A stretch of 47,500 bases of DNA, the filler included, from Jimgerdemannia flammicorona (lineage: Eukaryota), in the NCBI GenBank assembly GCA_003990765.1. It is 2 parts of 2 records of this genome, joined end to end, with 100 filler letters (N's around TTAATTAATTAA, not from the genome) between each part and the next. Parts side by side here need not be neighbours in the genome. Positions count along the whole stretch, not along the records: positions 23,804 to 47,500 come from RBNJ01001077.1; 1 more part is not named here. One strand, given 5' to 3'. Positions 35,566 through 46,914 of this stretch are shown here, piece by piece. The notes below the pieces were generated by a model. It had not been told where the DNA came from. It did no database searches and worked only from the letters and a program-made list of their open reading frames with translations. The number at the start of each line of letters is the position of its first letter. Within the stretch, counting starts at the first letter, position 1. Position numbers and translations under genes: made by a program.

Positions 35566-37614
35566 CTCTCTGGCAGAACCGGAGGCACCAGAAGGTGACG
35601 AAAATGCAAAACGAGAGTGATGGATTGAAGAAGAGACAGAAGGAAGACATGAACAAGCAATCAGAGGGCATCGGGAAAGAGACGAAAGTCCATGGTATGA
35701 AAGAGAAGAGCGCAGGACAGTATCAGAGCATTGAGCAATCCAGCGAGCACGATCAAATGGTACGATGAGAATCAGGGGTGGGAAAGAAGAGGGGGTATGG
35801 AGAGGGTAAGGGGGGAGAGAGGGAAGGGAGGGGGGGTAAAGGGGAGAGAGCAGGGAAGAGTGAACAACAGACCATTCAACAGAAGCAAGCAGATTGCGAA
35901 TGATAGAAATAGGGTAGGCACAACAATGGACCACAAAGTTGCCAAGAACCCAAACAGCAGACACCCAATCAGAACGATGGGAGCAGCATAATGCAAGATG
36001 ACGAGCCTCACCATGAACACATTCAAGAAGAGTGCGATGAGGATGATTGGACAAGAAGTCAGGGAACTGTTGGGAATGGGAGAAATGGGAATAAACAACA
36101 GTTCGGAAGGGAGAAAGAGAAATGGAAAGGTCCAAAAAGGGAATACTAGTCATACCGCACACTCAAGTAATAGAATGATGGGGAGGGTAGATGCCCAAGA
36201 ACACACTAGGGATATCAATGCCAGTAACAGCAAAGACAATAAAGTCATCAATATATCAGTGAAAGAAGATATCCCCAGCCTGGAATGCAATGGAAAGAGG
36301 TGAAGTAATATCACATAACACACGCAATTCATGGGCCAGGCCAACGAGGTTGGCAAGGGTGGGGGCACAATTTGTACCCATGGCAATACCAGAAGTCTGG
36401 TGAAAGGAGCCAAGGGCCGACTCAAAATAATTAGAGCTGCAGATGAGGAGCATAAGCTCAACAATGGAAGCCAGCAAAACTGGGGAATCCAAAGGAAAAA
36501 CCAAGAAACCCAAGAAGCGAAGGCAATCATCAATCTCATCAAAATGAATAGCAGTATAGAAGGAAGAGAAGTCACCAGAGGCCAAATGGGAAAAACGGTG
36601 AACAGGCACAATGGTGGAGCAGAGAAGGGCAAGCTCCTGAGTATCATGAAGAATAGTATACTCAGGCCCAAGATGGTGTTGTAAGAGAGCCATCCAGGAG
36701 AGAAAGAAGCAGGATAACCACTTCGAGATCTCGGTGGTAGGAGAACTGTAAGCAGCCATAATAGAATGCCAAGCCAAAATAGGCTTGTGAACCTTAGGAA
36801 GAGTATAGAAAACCAGAAGAGAAATATCTGGGGAGGACAAAGAGTCCTGGAAGAAGTTAAAAATAGGGTTCGCGAATGGAGAATCCAAAAGCAATCTAGT
36901 GTGAGCCAGAGAAACCCGAAGAAGAATGAGAACCTCATCTAATCCAAGAGCACTAAGCTTGTAAGCCATGGCTTGAAGGAGGGCAGAAAGGCCATCAAGG
37001 TAGAGTGACTTAGGAATAAGTGCAAAACCCTGATTCTTATCAGTGACTGTGAGCAAATACATAGGCAATTGCTTGACCGATTTAAGCATGGTACACATGG
37101 CATGGTCTGAAACCAAGCAAGAGTGAGCTCGTCTAGGAATGAACAGCGAGCAAGCCATGTCGAGGAATACGCAGTGTGAAGAGACATTGGGAGGGGGGAC
37201 CCAATCGCTAGGAATAAAATAGCAAGAGGGCATCTCACCACGATCTTGAAAGAAGATGGCAAGATCAAGAGCATGATGAAAACATGTTAGACGAGCTGGA
37301 TCAGTGAAGGAGAATTGTGAGGGAGTCGCAGGAAAAACAAAGCGAGGACCCAAGGATAAGGCAAAGACTTGAAGGGGAGAAAGGGGGCAGTCAGCCGAAG
37401 AAAAAGGAGGAGACAAAAGAGTTCCAAGAGAAGAATAAACCCAAAAGTTTGAGACAAGCAACTGGGAAAGACGAAGGGTGGACAACATGAGGAACCACTC
37501 AGGGCACACCAGAAGCGATGACGGAATCCAAGAAGGGACAGGGACACCAGAGGAGAACCATGCCAGGGGGAAGTTTAAGAGCAGGAGGCCTTCCCCTTCC
37601 CTCTGACTTTTTTT
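35560..37614 (-). pseudogene. Penelope-type reverse transcriptase, two in-frame stops
   Basis: TDKNQG, FYTLPKVHKP, GDFSSFYTAI, FHQTSGIAMGTNCAPTLAN, H*YIDDFIV (TGA 36256-36258 in place of the R of RYIDD), second TGA at 36163-36165, PFLDL, SNHP. ORFs 36256-37644 and 35560-36162 share a frame. Confidence 0.92.
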
Positions 37615-38805
37615 GAAGGTGGCGAGCCCGACGAATGGGAGCACACCCCATCAGAGTGCCAGACCTTGTGGCCACAGACTTTCGTGCAGCCCTTACATTC
37701 AGGGGTATGGGTGGAGGAGGCGGAGGAGGAACCAGCAGAGGAGGCTGAAGGTGAGCAAGCAGCTGAAGGGGCAGCAGCACGAGGAACACCACCATGAGGA
37801 CAGACAGACTTGGCCGGGTGCCAGTAGGCATGGTGGAGGTGACTGGAGCAGACAGCGCAAGGCCAGGCCCTGACAGGGTGAGAACCAAGTTGGCGGCCAT
37901 ACTTGGGGGCAGGGGGAACAGAGGAGGAAGCCTTGGTGGGGGAGAGGGACCGAGAAGAGACTGACGAAGCCTGGTTGGGCTTGGCAGGGGTCTTAGCGGG
38001 GTCTTGGAGGGGGCCTTGGTGGCAGCAGCGGTGAAGGAACAAACCTTGGTATGAGCAGCGGCATGAGCTTTGGCACAGATGGCCTCAGAGACCAAAACCT
38101 CGAGAGAGGTAGGCAGGGGAGCAGTGGTGGCGGCACAAGCAGCGGCAGCAGTATGTGATGACTCCTACTCATGAAGGCGAGCAACGAAAGAGGTGCCGGT
38201 GAGGAGGAAACGACATACAGTGTCAATGTCGGCGGTGATAGAAGGAACATCTTGGATGGCGAAGCCACAGAAGGAGGCAGCATCCAAAAGGCGGGAGGAG
38301 GCAAAGGCCATGAAAGCGGCACAGGCATATTAGAAGGAGGCAGAAGTGGTGGTGGCAGAAGCAGTGGTGGCATCAGTGGCAGTGAGCTTGGCGGTGGCAG
38401 TGGTGGCACGAACCTCTTCAGAGAGGGCTTGGCAGCGGGCCTCAGAGAGAACAGAGTAGCGGATGGTGGGCAGAGTGATGACATCAATGTCACAGTGGAG
38501 ATGTCACGGCGGAGATGAGCCTCCTTGGCGGAGAGGGCAAGAACTGACCGGAACTGAGAGAGGAGCAGATGACCAGAAGGATGAAGGTCCAAGGGGAGGA
38601 AAAGGATGGCAGAAGAGACATAGGTCTCGAAGGAGACAGTGGCAGGGGTGAAGGCAGGGGGAGGGGGAGGAGGAAGTTCCTCACCCATGAGCTCGTTGAC
38701 AAGGACGGAGGCCCCGAGGGCAGGCGATACAGCAGAGGAGGAAGAGGGCCCAGCGGGAGCCAAGGGAGTGAACCCAGAGCCAGTGTCAAAGCGAACGGAA
38801 GATAT
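37575..38805 (-). pseudogene. PLE ORF1 (gag-like, about 400 codons, twin Cys/His motifs)
   Basis: Reconstructed across a 14-bp tandem duplication (38490-38517), a 1-bp deletion near 37998 and two stops. Start is ATA at 38805 here but ATG in the inverted copy (39487-39489). Confidence 0.65.
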
Positions 38806-39564
38806 GTGGAAGAGCATGTATAAGGGGGACAAACAAAGAATATAACTGAAAATGCATCAGCCATTTATTGCCACGTAAAAACACAGTCCTTATATACAAA
38901 ATATGACGTCCCAAAAGGGAGGATGCGCCACAACTCGGGGCGAACCAAATTAGGAACCACATGACCACCGGAGATAGGTGGAGATAAAGGGGGAGCCAAT
39001 CTCAGTTGCAGGATAAAAATCACAAACAATCACAAACAAAATAAATCCAAATCGAGATTAAAAAACATCCACAGACCCCGGAGGGGTGAGCATGAGCGAG
39101 GGGTGAGGCCGAAACAGAGCAAGCCACAGTGAGCCCAAGTGAAGCGAGGGGCCGAAGGCAGCGGAGGGGAGTGGAGTAAGGCTGAGACCCCGGAGTGAGC
39201 ACGAGACTCCGGAGGGGGCAAGGATGTTTTTTAATCTCGATTTGGATTTGTTTTGTTTGTGTTTATTTGTGATTTTTATCCTGCAACTGGGATTGGCTCC
39301 CCCTTTATCTCTGCCTATCTCCAGTAGTCATATGGTTCCTAATTTGGTTTGCCCCGAGTTGTGGTGCGTCCTCCCTTTTGAGATGTCATATTTTGTATAT
39401 AAGGACTGCATTTTTACATGGCAATAAACAGCTGATGCATTTTTGGTTACATTCTTTATTTGTCTCCCTTATACACACTCTTCTACATGTCTTCTGTTTA
39501 CTTTGACACTGGCTCTGGGTTCGCTCCCTTGGCTCCTGCTGGGCCCTCTTCCTCCTCTACTGTA
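38728..39564. repeat. PLE 5' terminus: pseudo-LTR plus fold-back copy (arms 38728-39070 and 39222-39564, 151-nt loop)
   Basis: Arms are reverse complements. The sense strand carries TATATAA, AATAAA and the ORF1 start. Confidence 0.93.
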
Positions 39565-39607
39565 ACTATATCTATAGACTGGTAATAAATGGTAAAGTCC
39601 AAGTGAA

Positions 39608-39639
<32 letters not shown>
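39565..39639 (+). mobile_element. displaced 3' UTR and poly(A) tail of the 30420-35065 LINE
   Basis: tatatctatagactggtaataaa + A29 resembles the 3' end of the minus LINE (tatatcatagacagtttggtaataaa + poly(A)). Confidence 0.75.
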
Positions 39640-39642
<3 letters not shown>

Positions 39643-41700
39643 CATAAATCAATTACAGAATACCAGATACTTCAACAATATGAATCTTTTTACAGAATTC
39701 CATAAGATTCCTATAGACCTCAAGGATATTCAGAAAATAGCTTTTCTTATCTTAAAAAAATTATTTAAATATCTCTGAATACCTTTTGAACTCTATAATA
39801 TACTTCTAACCTTTTAGAGAATAATGAACTCAGTCTATAGCCCACTGATCTACTATTGCCTAATTATATATATAGACAATTCTAACATCTATTTAGCAAA
39901 TTTTGAACTATATAGAAGAATTCTTTCAGCTTATCTATAAGAACTATCTGAGACTCAATACTAAGAAATGCTACTTTGGAAAACAGAAACTCAAATTTCT
40001 TAGATTTATTATTTCTAAAGAAGAAACTCATACAGACCTAAAGGAAACTGAGAAGATCAACAACTGGTCAATACTTAAGACTTTAAAGGAAATACTATTA
40101 TTTCTGATACTAGTATCCTACTATAGAAGATTTATTAAAGACTTTATTTAAGTTGCTACTCCAATTTAAATTCTTTTTAAGAAAAGAATACTATAAATAG
40201 ATGGAACTACAAGAACTAGCCTTTAGAGAACTTAAGTATTGTATAACCACAGTACTAATCCTTATATAACCTAACTGTAAAAGCTATTTATCTTATATAT
40301 ATATCTTCAAAGATAACCTTGAAATAGTCTTAGCCCAAGAAGAATCTGCCTAGTAGTATCATATGATAGCTTATATAAGTCAAGCTATAAACCAGCAGTA
40401 AGTCAATTATAGTAGCACTAAACTAAAATATCTTGCAGTTATATAGATAGTTATCTTGTTTAAACACTATCTTATTAGAAAAAGATTTACTTTAATAACT
40501 GATCATACTGTCCTCAAATAACTATTTAACTATAAGAAATTAACTAGAATTCTTGCTTACTGGATTCTTACTATATAGGATTACAAAATCACTATCATTC
40601 ATAAAGCAGAGAAAGCCTATAACAATGTTGATATACTTTTCTACCAATTTTAATAAATCAGAAGAAGAGTATATTAAGAAATTATATCCTAAAGAAAGTT
40701 TTACAACTGCTAAAGCACAATATCTCATTCAACAAGAATACCAAAAAGCCCACTAAGGACAAGTAAATATAGAGAAGAAGCTATAAACAATATATCAATA
40801 CTGGCTCTATCTCAGAATATAAGTCCAAGATATACTTAAGAAATATAACACCTGTCAGAAGTATTAAAAAAAGAAGAACTACCAAGTACTACTACAACCA
40901 ATTACACTACTAGTCTACATCTTTCAAAGATGGGAAGTAGATATTATTGGACTTCTGTCAGTTATGTATATCAAGAAGAAACAAATATATCTTAGTATTT
41001 ATAGAATATCTGACCAAATGGCCTGAAGCTTTTAGAATAGAAATTACTAATATCTTGACTATTGTTGGTCTCCTCTATAACCTTATACTCAGATATAGAT
41101 CTCTAAAAGAACTTATTTCTGACTGAGGTACAGAATTTATCAATAATATCATTATAAGTTATACTCAAATTTATAAGATTTATCTGAAATAAACTATATT
41201 ATACTATCTTCAAACTAATGATATGATAGAATGAATAAACCAGATCATCAAGAAAGGACTTACTTGAGTCAATTCTATCAATTGGGACCTCTGCTTATCT
41301 GAGATCTTATGGAAAATTCAGAATATCCCTACTATCTCTACTAAAAAAAAGTCATTCAAGATAATATTTACCAAGAAAGCCAGAACTACTGACTATGAGA
41401 ATCTTGGAGATCTCTTCAAAAAGACAGAATAATTATATAATCAAGCCTGAGCTCAGATAATTAAGGCTAAGGAAAGACAAAAGAAGTACTATGACCAGAA
41501 GCAGAAAGATCAGAAGATCAAGATTGAAGATCAAGTATTAGTTTGGAGAAATATAATCAAAACAAACTTTACTATCAAACTAAAGCCCAAATAGAAAGAA
41601 TCTTATCTTATATATGATATTAGAGGAATTAGTATCTATTTAAGAAGTATATATATATAGATAGATGTACTCTAAGGACCCCAGTTTATATTAATTATCT
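39640..41700 (+). mobile_element. heavily decayed Ty3/gypsy pol (RT, RNase H, integrase)
   Basis: FKYL*IPFELYN (cf. MPFGL), YIDN (cf. YIDD), FISYYRRFIKDF-like motif, FQRWEVDIIGLL, LISD*GTEF, YYLQTNDMIE (cf. YHPQTNG), KPK*KESY (GPY/F). Confidence 0.88.
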
Positions 41701-42542
41701 TAAGATATATCTATATACTACTTATATAATAAACTAGAAAATTGACCAGTATCTCCAGACTATTATTCTCAGTTTTTCTATACTCTATCAGTTCCCTTGT
41801 CTCAGTTCTGAGAAATAAATGGAATCTGTCTTCAATAGATCCAAATATATCAAGAAAACCTTATCTTAGTAAAACACCTATTACAGATTTACTAACTGCA
41901 GACCTATTATAAATTAGCCAACTACTGTAAAATATTTCAGCCCCAGAATAGACCTATATCTATAATATCACTGATCTGTCTCAAAGAAATACTATTACTA
42001 TAGATAGACTCTATACAATTTATAAATAAAATATTATAGTACTAATTCAGATCTAGTTCTCTCTAATGACTTTTAGAGAATGACCATATCTACCTTCCTG
42101 AGTATTATCAATTATATTAAAGTCCTATTCACTGAGAAAGAGAAAGAGCTACTAGAATAGAGTAATTCAGATATTGGAGAAGATAATGATATATGTAGGT
42201 ATAGATACTGAAGATGCCTATAGATATCACAATAATAACTAAAGGACTGTCTGGAGATAGACTACTCTTTAGTAGAGACTGATGTGATGAGTAAATAATA
42301 TATGTAGTATAGCCAGATAATATAAATACTCAATATAGTATAGCTATCTATAATATATACTACTACTATAATTAGCAAAGTATTATATCAGATTTATTGA
42401 TCCATATTTTAAGAATATACCTATTCTTATCAGACATACTTATATCTACTAGATATACTTGTATCTATCAGATACATATACCTATACTTACTAGATATAT
42501 ATATCTAGTTATCTCTTTCTCAAAATAGTATTATTATATATT

Positions 42543-45175
42543 CTATAGTTAGTTATATAGTAATTAGATAGTAATCATAACTGTATAAAATATCCTAAAG
42601 ATTTAAGTAAATAAACCTAAGTCTGAAATTGAAATCAAAAAGCAAAAGATAAGTCTATCTATTATACTTTGAGAGATATACTTACCAAGAGCTACTTAAT
42701 TTAGGAAAAATTATAATACTTAGAAGAAATATCTACATTAAAGTCACTTTTAGAAGATTGTAAGCTTGATGTCCTTTTTTACTCTAGTCTACTTTCTGAT
42801 ATAAAGAAGAGAAGTTTGCTTTATTCAAAAAGTCTGCCAATTCAGGAAACATCTGTGCTAACTCAGTAATCTGCTAATTTTGAAAGAAATTTATATTATT
42901 TAAGTTATTTGCCAAGAAGTCTACTATTTGAGAAAATTCTATACTATTTAAGAATTTACTATCTAATTAGAAAATTGCCAAAATCATCTACATTAATAAG
43001 TACTTTTAAAATATTTTATTACTTTTTGACAAAGTAACTAAGAGCTCAAGCTAATCTATATAGTAGCTCTAATCTTATAATTTGTCTCTATTGAGTTAGT
43101 ATATTATAATATCTATATATAGTTATATATATTATATTTTAGTAACTATAACTATTAGTTAGAAATTCTGTTAAATTTCCAGAAGCTTGTAGGTCTGTAA
43201 TAATTTATTATATATACTTCTTTATATATCTTAGAATGACTAAGTATTAGATAATTTCTATCTAATATATATATACTATATCTAGCTTCTCTGATAGATG
43301 TCCTATCACTCCACTATATTATAATAAGAATAATACTATATTAGATCTAAATAACTATTTAAGAAAGTTTACTTACTCTTTAATATTCTTTATTATATCA
43401 AGATAATCTACTATACTGAAATAATACTATATATTAAAGAATAATAATATATCTATTAAAAAGAAGGCTACTGAGAATTATTTATCACTATCAGAAAATA
43501 ATTCAACTACTAGATAGTAGTATATCATATATCTTTAAGATATTTTAAAATAGTATAAGATTTTATTTATTAGATATTATTTTCTTATTAGTTATCTATA
43601 TAGATTTAGCAAACTTAATATCTCCTATATTGTGTGAAACTTTGGTCTCTTAATATACTAGATTTCAGTAATTTTTATTTATCTTTAGTTTGTTTAGATG
43701 AGATATCATCATAAATGTAATAGTTTTATTTATCTTTAACTTCTTTTATTAAGATATCATTATGAACTTAGAGAGTCTGATTATCAACATATGTACTATA
43801 CTAAACTTTGATTTTACTCTCTCTTTCAGATAATATACTATACTGAATTTCTTCTTTTAAGATATTATATCACTTTGTTTTAAAATAATATATAAACTAC
43901 TAGATAAGTTTTATATATAGTTTTTGATATATATATAATATATCAAACTTTAGTAATTTGCTGTTTTTGATAATTTATTAGATAATGGTAATATATTATT
44001 TATATATTCTTTATTATTATAGTTAGTCTTATCAATAGTTTCCAATAAATAAGATTAGTCTTATGATATCATTGAAATGACTTCTTTAATAGTTTTAATT
44101 TAAGCTATTTATTTCTCTAATATTTTTAATATTATATCTCAGACCTCTTTATTGTCTTTATCTTATAGTTAGGATTTTATAAGAAAGGTTTACATAATGG
44201 TAAAATAAAAGAAAAAAGATCTCAACAAATAGATAAAAAGTTCAATAAATAGAGAAAAAACTTAAAAAATGTTTATAGAGAGAATTTTATTATAATAGAG
44301 TTTAAAGTAATTTGATTTATATAATACTTATCAATATAATAAGATTAATTAATTAATTGATTATTATAGATAATATTTTATTAGCAAATAGTGATAATTT
44401 ATTACTAGATAATACTTTTTTACTAAGTGATAATTTGTAGTTAAATAATGACTTACTACTGTGGACTGCTAGATAATAATTAATCTTACTGGCCTTACTG
44501 AGAGTGATAAATAATTATAGTAATAATTAGCTTTAAGAGATAATTATTGTAAATTCTAAATTTAATTTTATTATAACTAATTCTTAAGGACTTGAAAGCT
44601 ATATACTATAATATGTTAACTCAATAAAGGTAAATTACAAGATTGATGCTACTATATATATTGGCTTAAACTCTTAGTTACTTTGTTAAAAAGTAATAAA
44701 ATGTTCAATATTTTCTTATATATATAATATAGATAATTTTAGTAATATTTCCTAATTAGGTAAAATTAGCATAGTATAGTAGATTTAGCAGTTTTTTGAA
44801 TATTAATAGTCTTCTCAAATGGTATAGATAGTGGTAATTCTCAAAATAGTAGTTAAGTTCTTTACTTAAACTTTTAGTAGATAATTCAGACTTAATCTAA
44901 TAGTAGATCAAATTGACAGACTTCTTTATATCAGAAAGTAGACTAGAGTAGAAAGTAAGCTCATAACTTTAGTAGTAGCTTATTGATAAGTATATATATC
45001 TCTTAAATATTGCAATTCTTTTTAGATTAAGTAGCTTTTGGTAGATATTTTTCCTAAATATATCAGATAATTGGCTTTTGCTTTTTGAACTTTTTAGACT
45101 GAAGTTTATTTACTTAAATCTCTAAAGTATTTTATATAGTTATAGTTACTATCTGATTACTATAACTAACTATAG
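42543..45175. mobile_element. decayed DNA transposon-like element with ~160-bp terminal inverted repeats, unclassified
   Basis: 42543-42700 matches the reverse complement of ~45025-45175 (ctatagttagttat...gatttaagtaaataaac...caaaaagcaaaag...agctacttaat). Interior is very AT-rich with no readable ORF. Confidence 0.7.
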
Positions 45176-45320
45176 ATTGATATTTCTGATAATATTTAGC
45201 TATTTCTATTGAAAATATAAATCTCAAATTCTAGTATAGTATACTAGCTAGAAATGTTTTGTATTCTTATTTAACTATCTAGGTTATTTATACAAGTTAG
45301 TATAGTAGGGTAGTCCTGGT

Positions 45321-45663
45321 TAGTACTTCTAACAAATCAAATCAAAGGTTCAATTTAATTTAATTTAAATTATAATTCAATTTAAATACTATTTTTTAAA
45401 ATATAATAACTCAATAAATATATATTCAAATTTAATAATCTTTAGCTTATTAGATTCTCTATATAAGATAAATCCAATAAGCTAAAGACTATTAAATTTG
45501 AATATATTTTTATTAAGTTATTATATTTCTAAAAATAGGGTTCAAATCAAACTCTTAATTTGATTCAAAATTTATTTAAATTGAAAAATCTCTAATTTAA
45601 TTTAATTTGAATAACTCTTAATTTGATTTGATTCAAATTGATTCAATTTATTTAGGAGTACTA
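45321..45663. mobile_element. palindromic MITE, hAT-like (copy 2) with 8-bp TSD
   Basis: Termini tagtacttctaa...ttaggagtacta. Flanks gtcctggt (45313-45320) and gtcctaat (45664-45671) differ by two G/A transitions. Confidence 0.85.
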
Positions 45664-46130
45664 GTCCTAATTATCTAATACATCTGATATAATATATGAC
45701 TAAATTATAAAGATTAATTTAGATGATAATTTAGTATGTTTCTCTGTTAGCTTATTATAATACTTATATTATATATATATATCTCTTATTCTATAAGTAT
45801 TTTGCAGCTAAATTTAGTTACAAAAAAGTTAATTTAATTTAATTTAATTTAATTTTAATTATATATTTTTTTTTTAACTTAATATTTATTATGAAATTAT
45901 AAAATATATATATAAATTTAAAAATTTTAATGAAAAATAAAAGCAATTTTTTTAGTAATTTAATTTTAGTTATAACTAATTTTTAAATTTAAATAAGAGA
46001 GAGTGTTTTTTTATAATATAAGTTATAATTTCACCACTTTTATTAAGTATAATAGTTTTTAAAAAAAAGTGATTAGTTTTAGAGATCTAGTAAAAACTAA
46101 AGAGATTTTAAGTTAAAGTATATTTAAAAG

Positions 46131-46164
<34 letters not shown>

Positions 46165-46443
46165 TATATATTCTGAGTTTTATTTATAAAGATAAAGAGA
46201 ATATTTATATAAGTTTTAAAAGAAAGATCTAAAAAAGACTTAAAATTAATATATATATTAAGATATAATCTTAATTAAGAATGATAAATAAAGTTCTAAA
46301 ATATTCTATAAGTTTCTATAACTAGCTAATATAATCATATTGAGAGATATTTAAAAAATACTAAAATATTATAAAAAAAAAAAAAATAGAATAAGAAAAA
46401 TATATATAACTAATTAAGTAAACTATACTTAAATATTATAAAG

Positions 46444-46563
46444 AAGAATGAGAAGAATGAGAAGAATGAGAAAAATGAAGTGGGTAAGGAGAAGAATGAG
46501 AAGACTGAGAAAAATAAAGAGAATAAGAAGACTGAGAAGAATAAAAAAACTGAGAAAAATGAG
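46444..46563 (+). repeat. degenerate 9-bp tandem repeat (aagaatgag)
   Basis: aagaatgag, aagactgag and aaaaatgag units seen directly. Confidence 0.8.
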
Positions 46564-46914
46564 TAGGTCAAGAGAGATCAAGAAAACTGACTACTGTATA
46601 TAGAATCACTCGCTCTCTACAAATCACTTCTCTTATTATTTTTGATTTTTTTGATGACGGGGAAGGTTGGACATGGGGGCAGCGGGGTCGAATATGAAAC
46701 GTGTGGGGGACATCCAAAATTTTGTTTCACCTGCCCCAAATTCTGGAATCCCACAACCGCGCGCGAGGGGGGTCAAAACTAGTATTGATAAGTTGGCGTC
46801 TTCCACGTAGATTTCAAGTGTCGTTGGTAACGAGGCACTCTAAAATACGTCGACCAGCGCTTAAGGGCGGGCACGGCTTTGTGGTCGGTCCGGGCGCTTA
46901 ATAAATTCGGACCG

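Larger units (their letters stand above)
35066..39564 (-). mobile_element. endonuclease-deficient Penelope-like retroelement with direct and inverted pseudo-LTRs
   Basis: PLE-type RT, upstream ORF1, ~500-bp direct repeats (35066-35565 and 38736-39236) and an inverted partial copy (39222-39564). No GIY-YIG motif recognised. Confidence 0.88.

Noticed and set aside
36150..36938. Hydrophobic 262-aa ORF as an env-like membrane protein
   Set aside because: Alternate frame of the pyrimidine-rich RT strand; Leu/Phe/Ser richness follows from base composition.
35066..39564. DIRS/Ngaro or LTR retrotransposon interpretation of the split repeats
   Set aside because: RT motifs are Penelope-type. No RNase H, tyrosine recombinase, integrase, TG...CA ends or PBS were seen.
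39903..40756. Small ORFs as independent genes
   Set aside because: They are stop-free fragments of the decayed gypsy pol.
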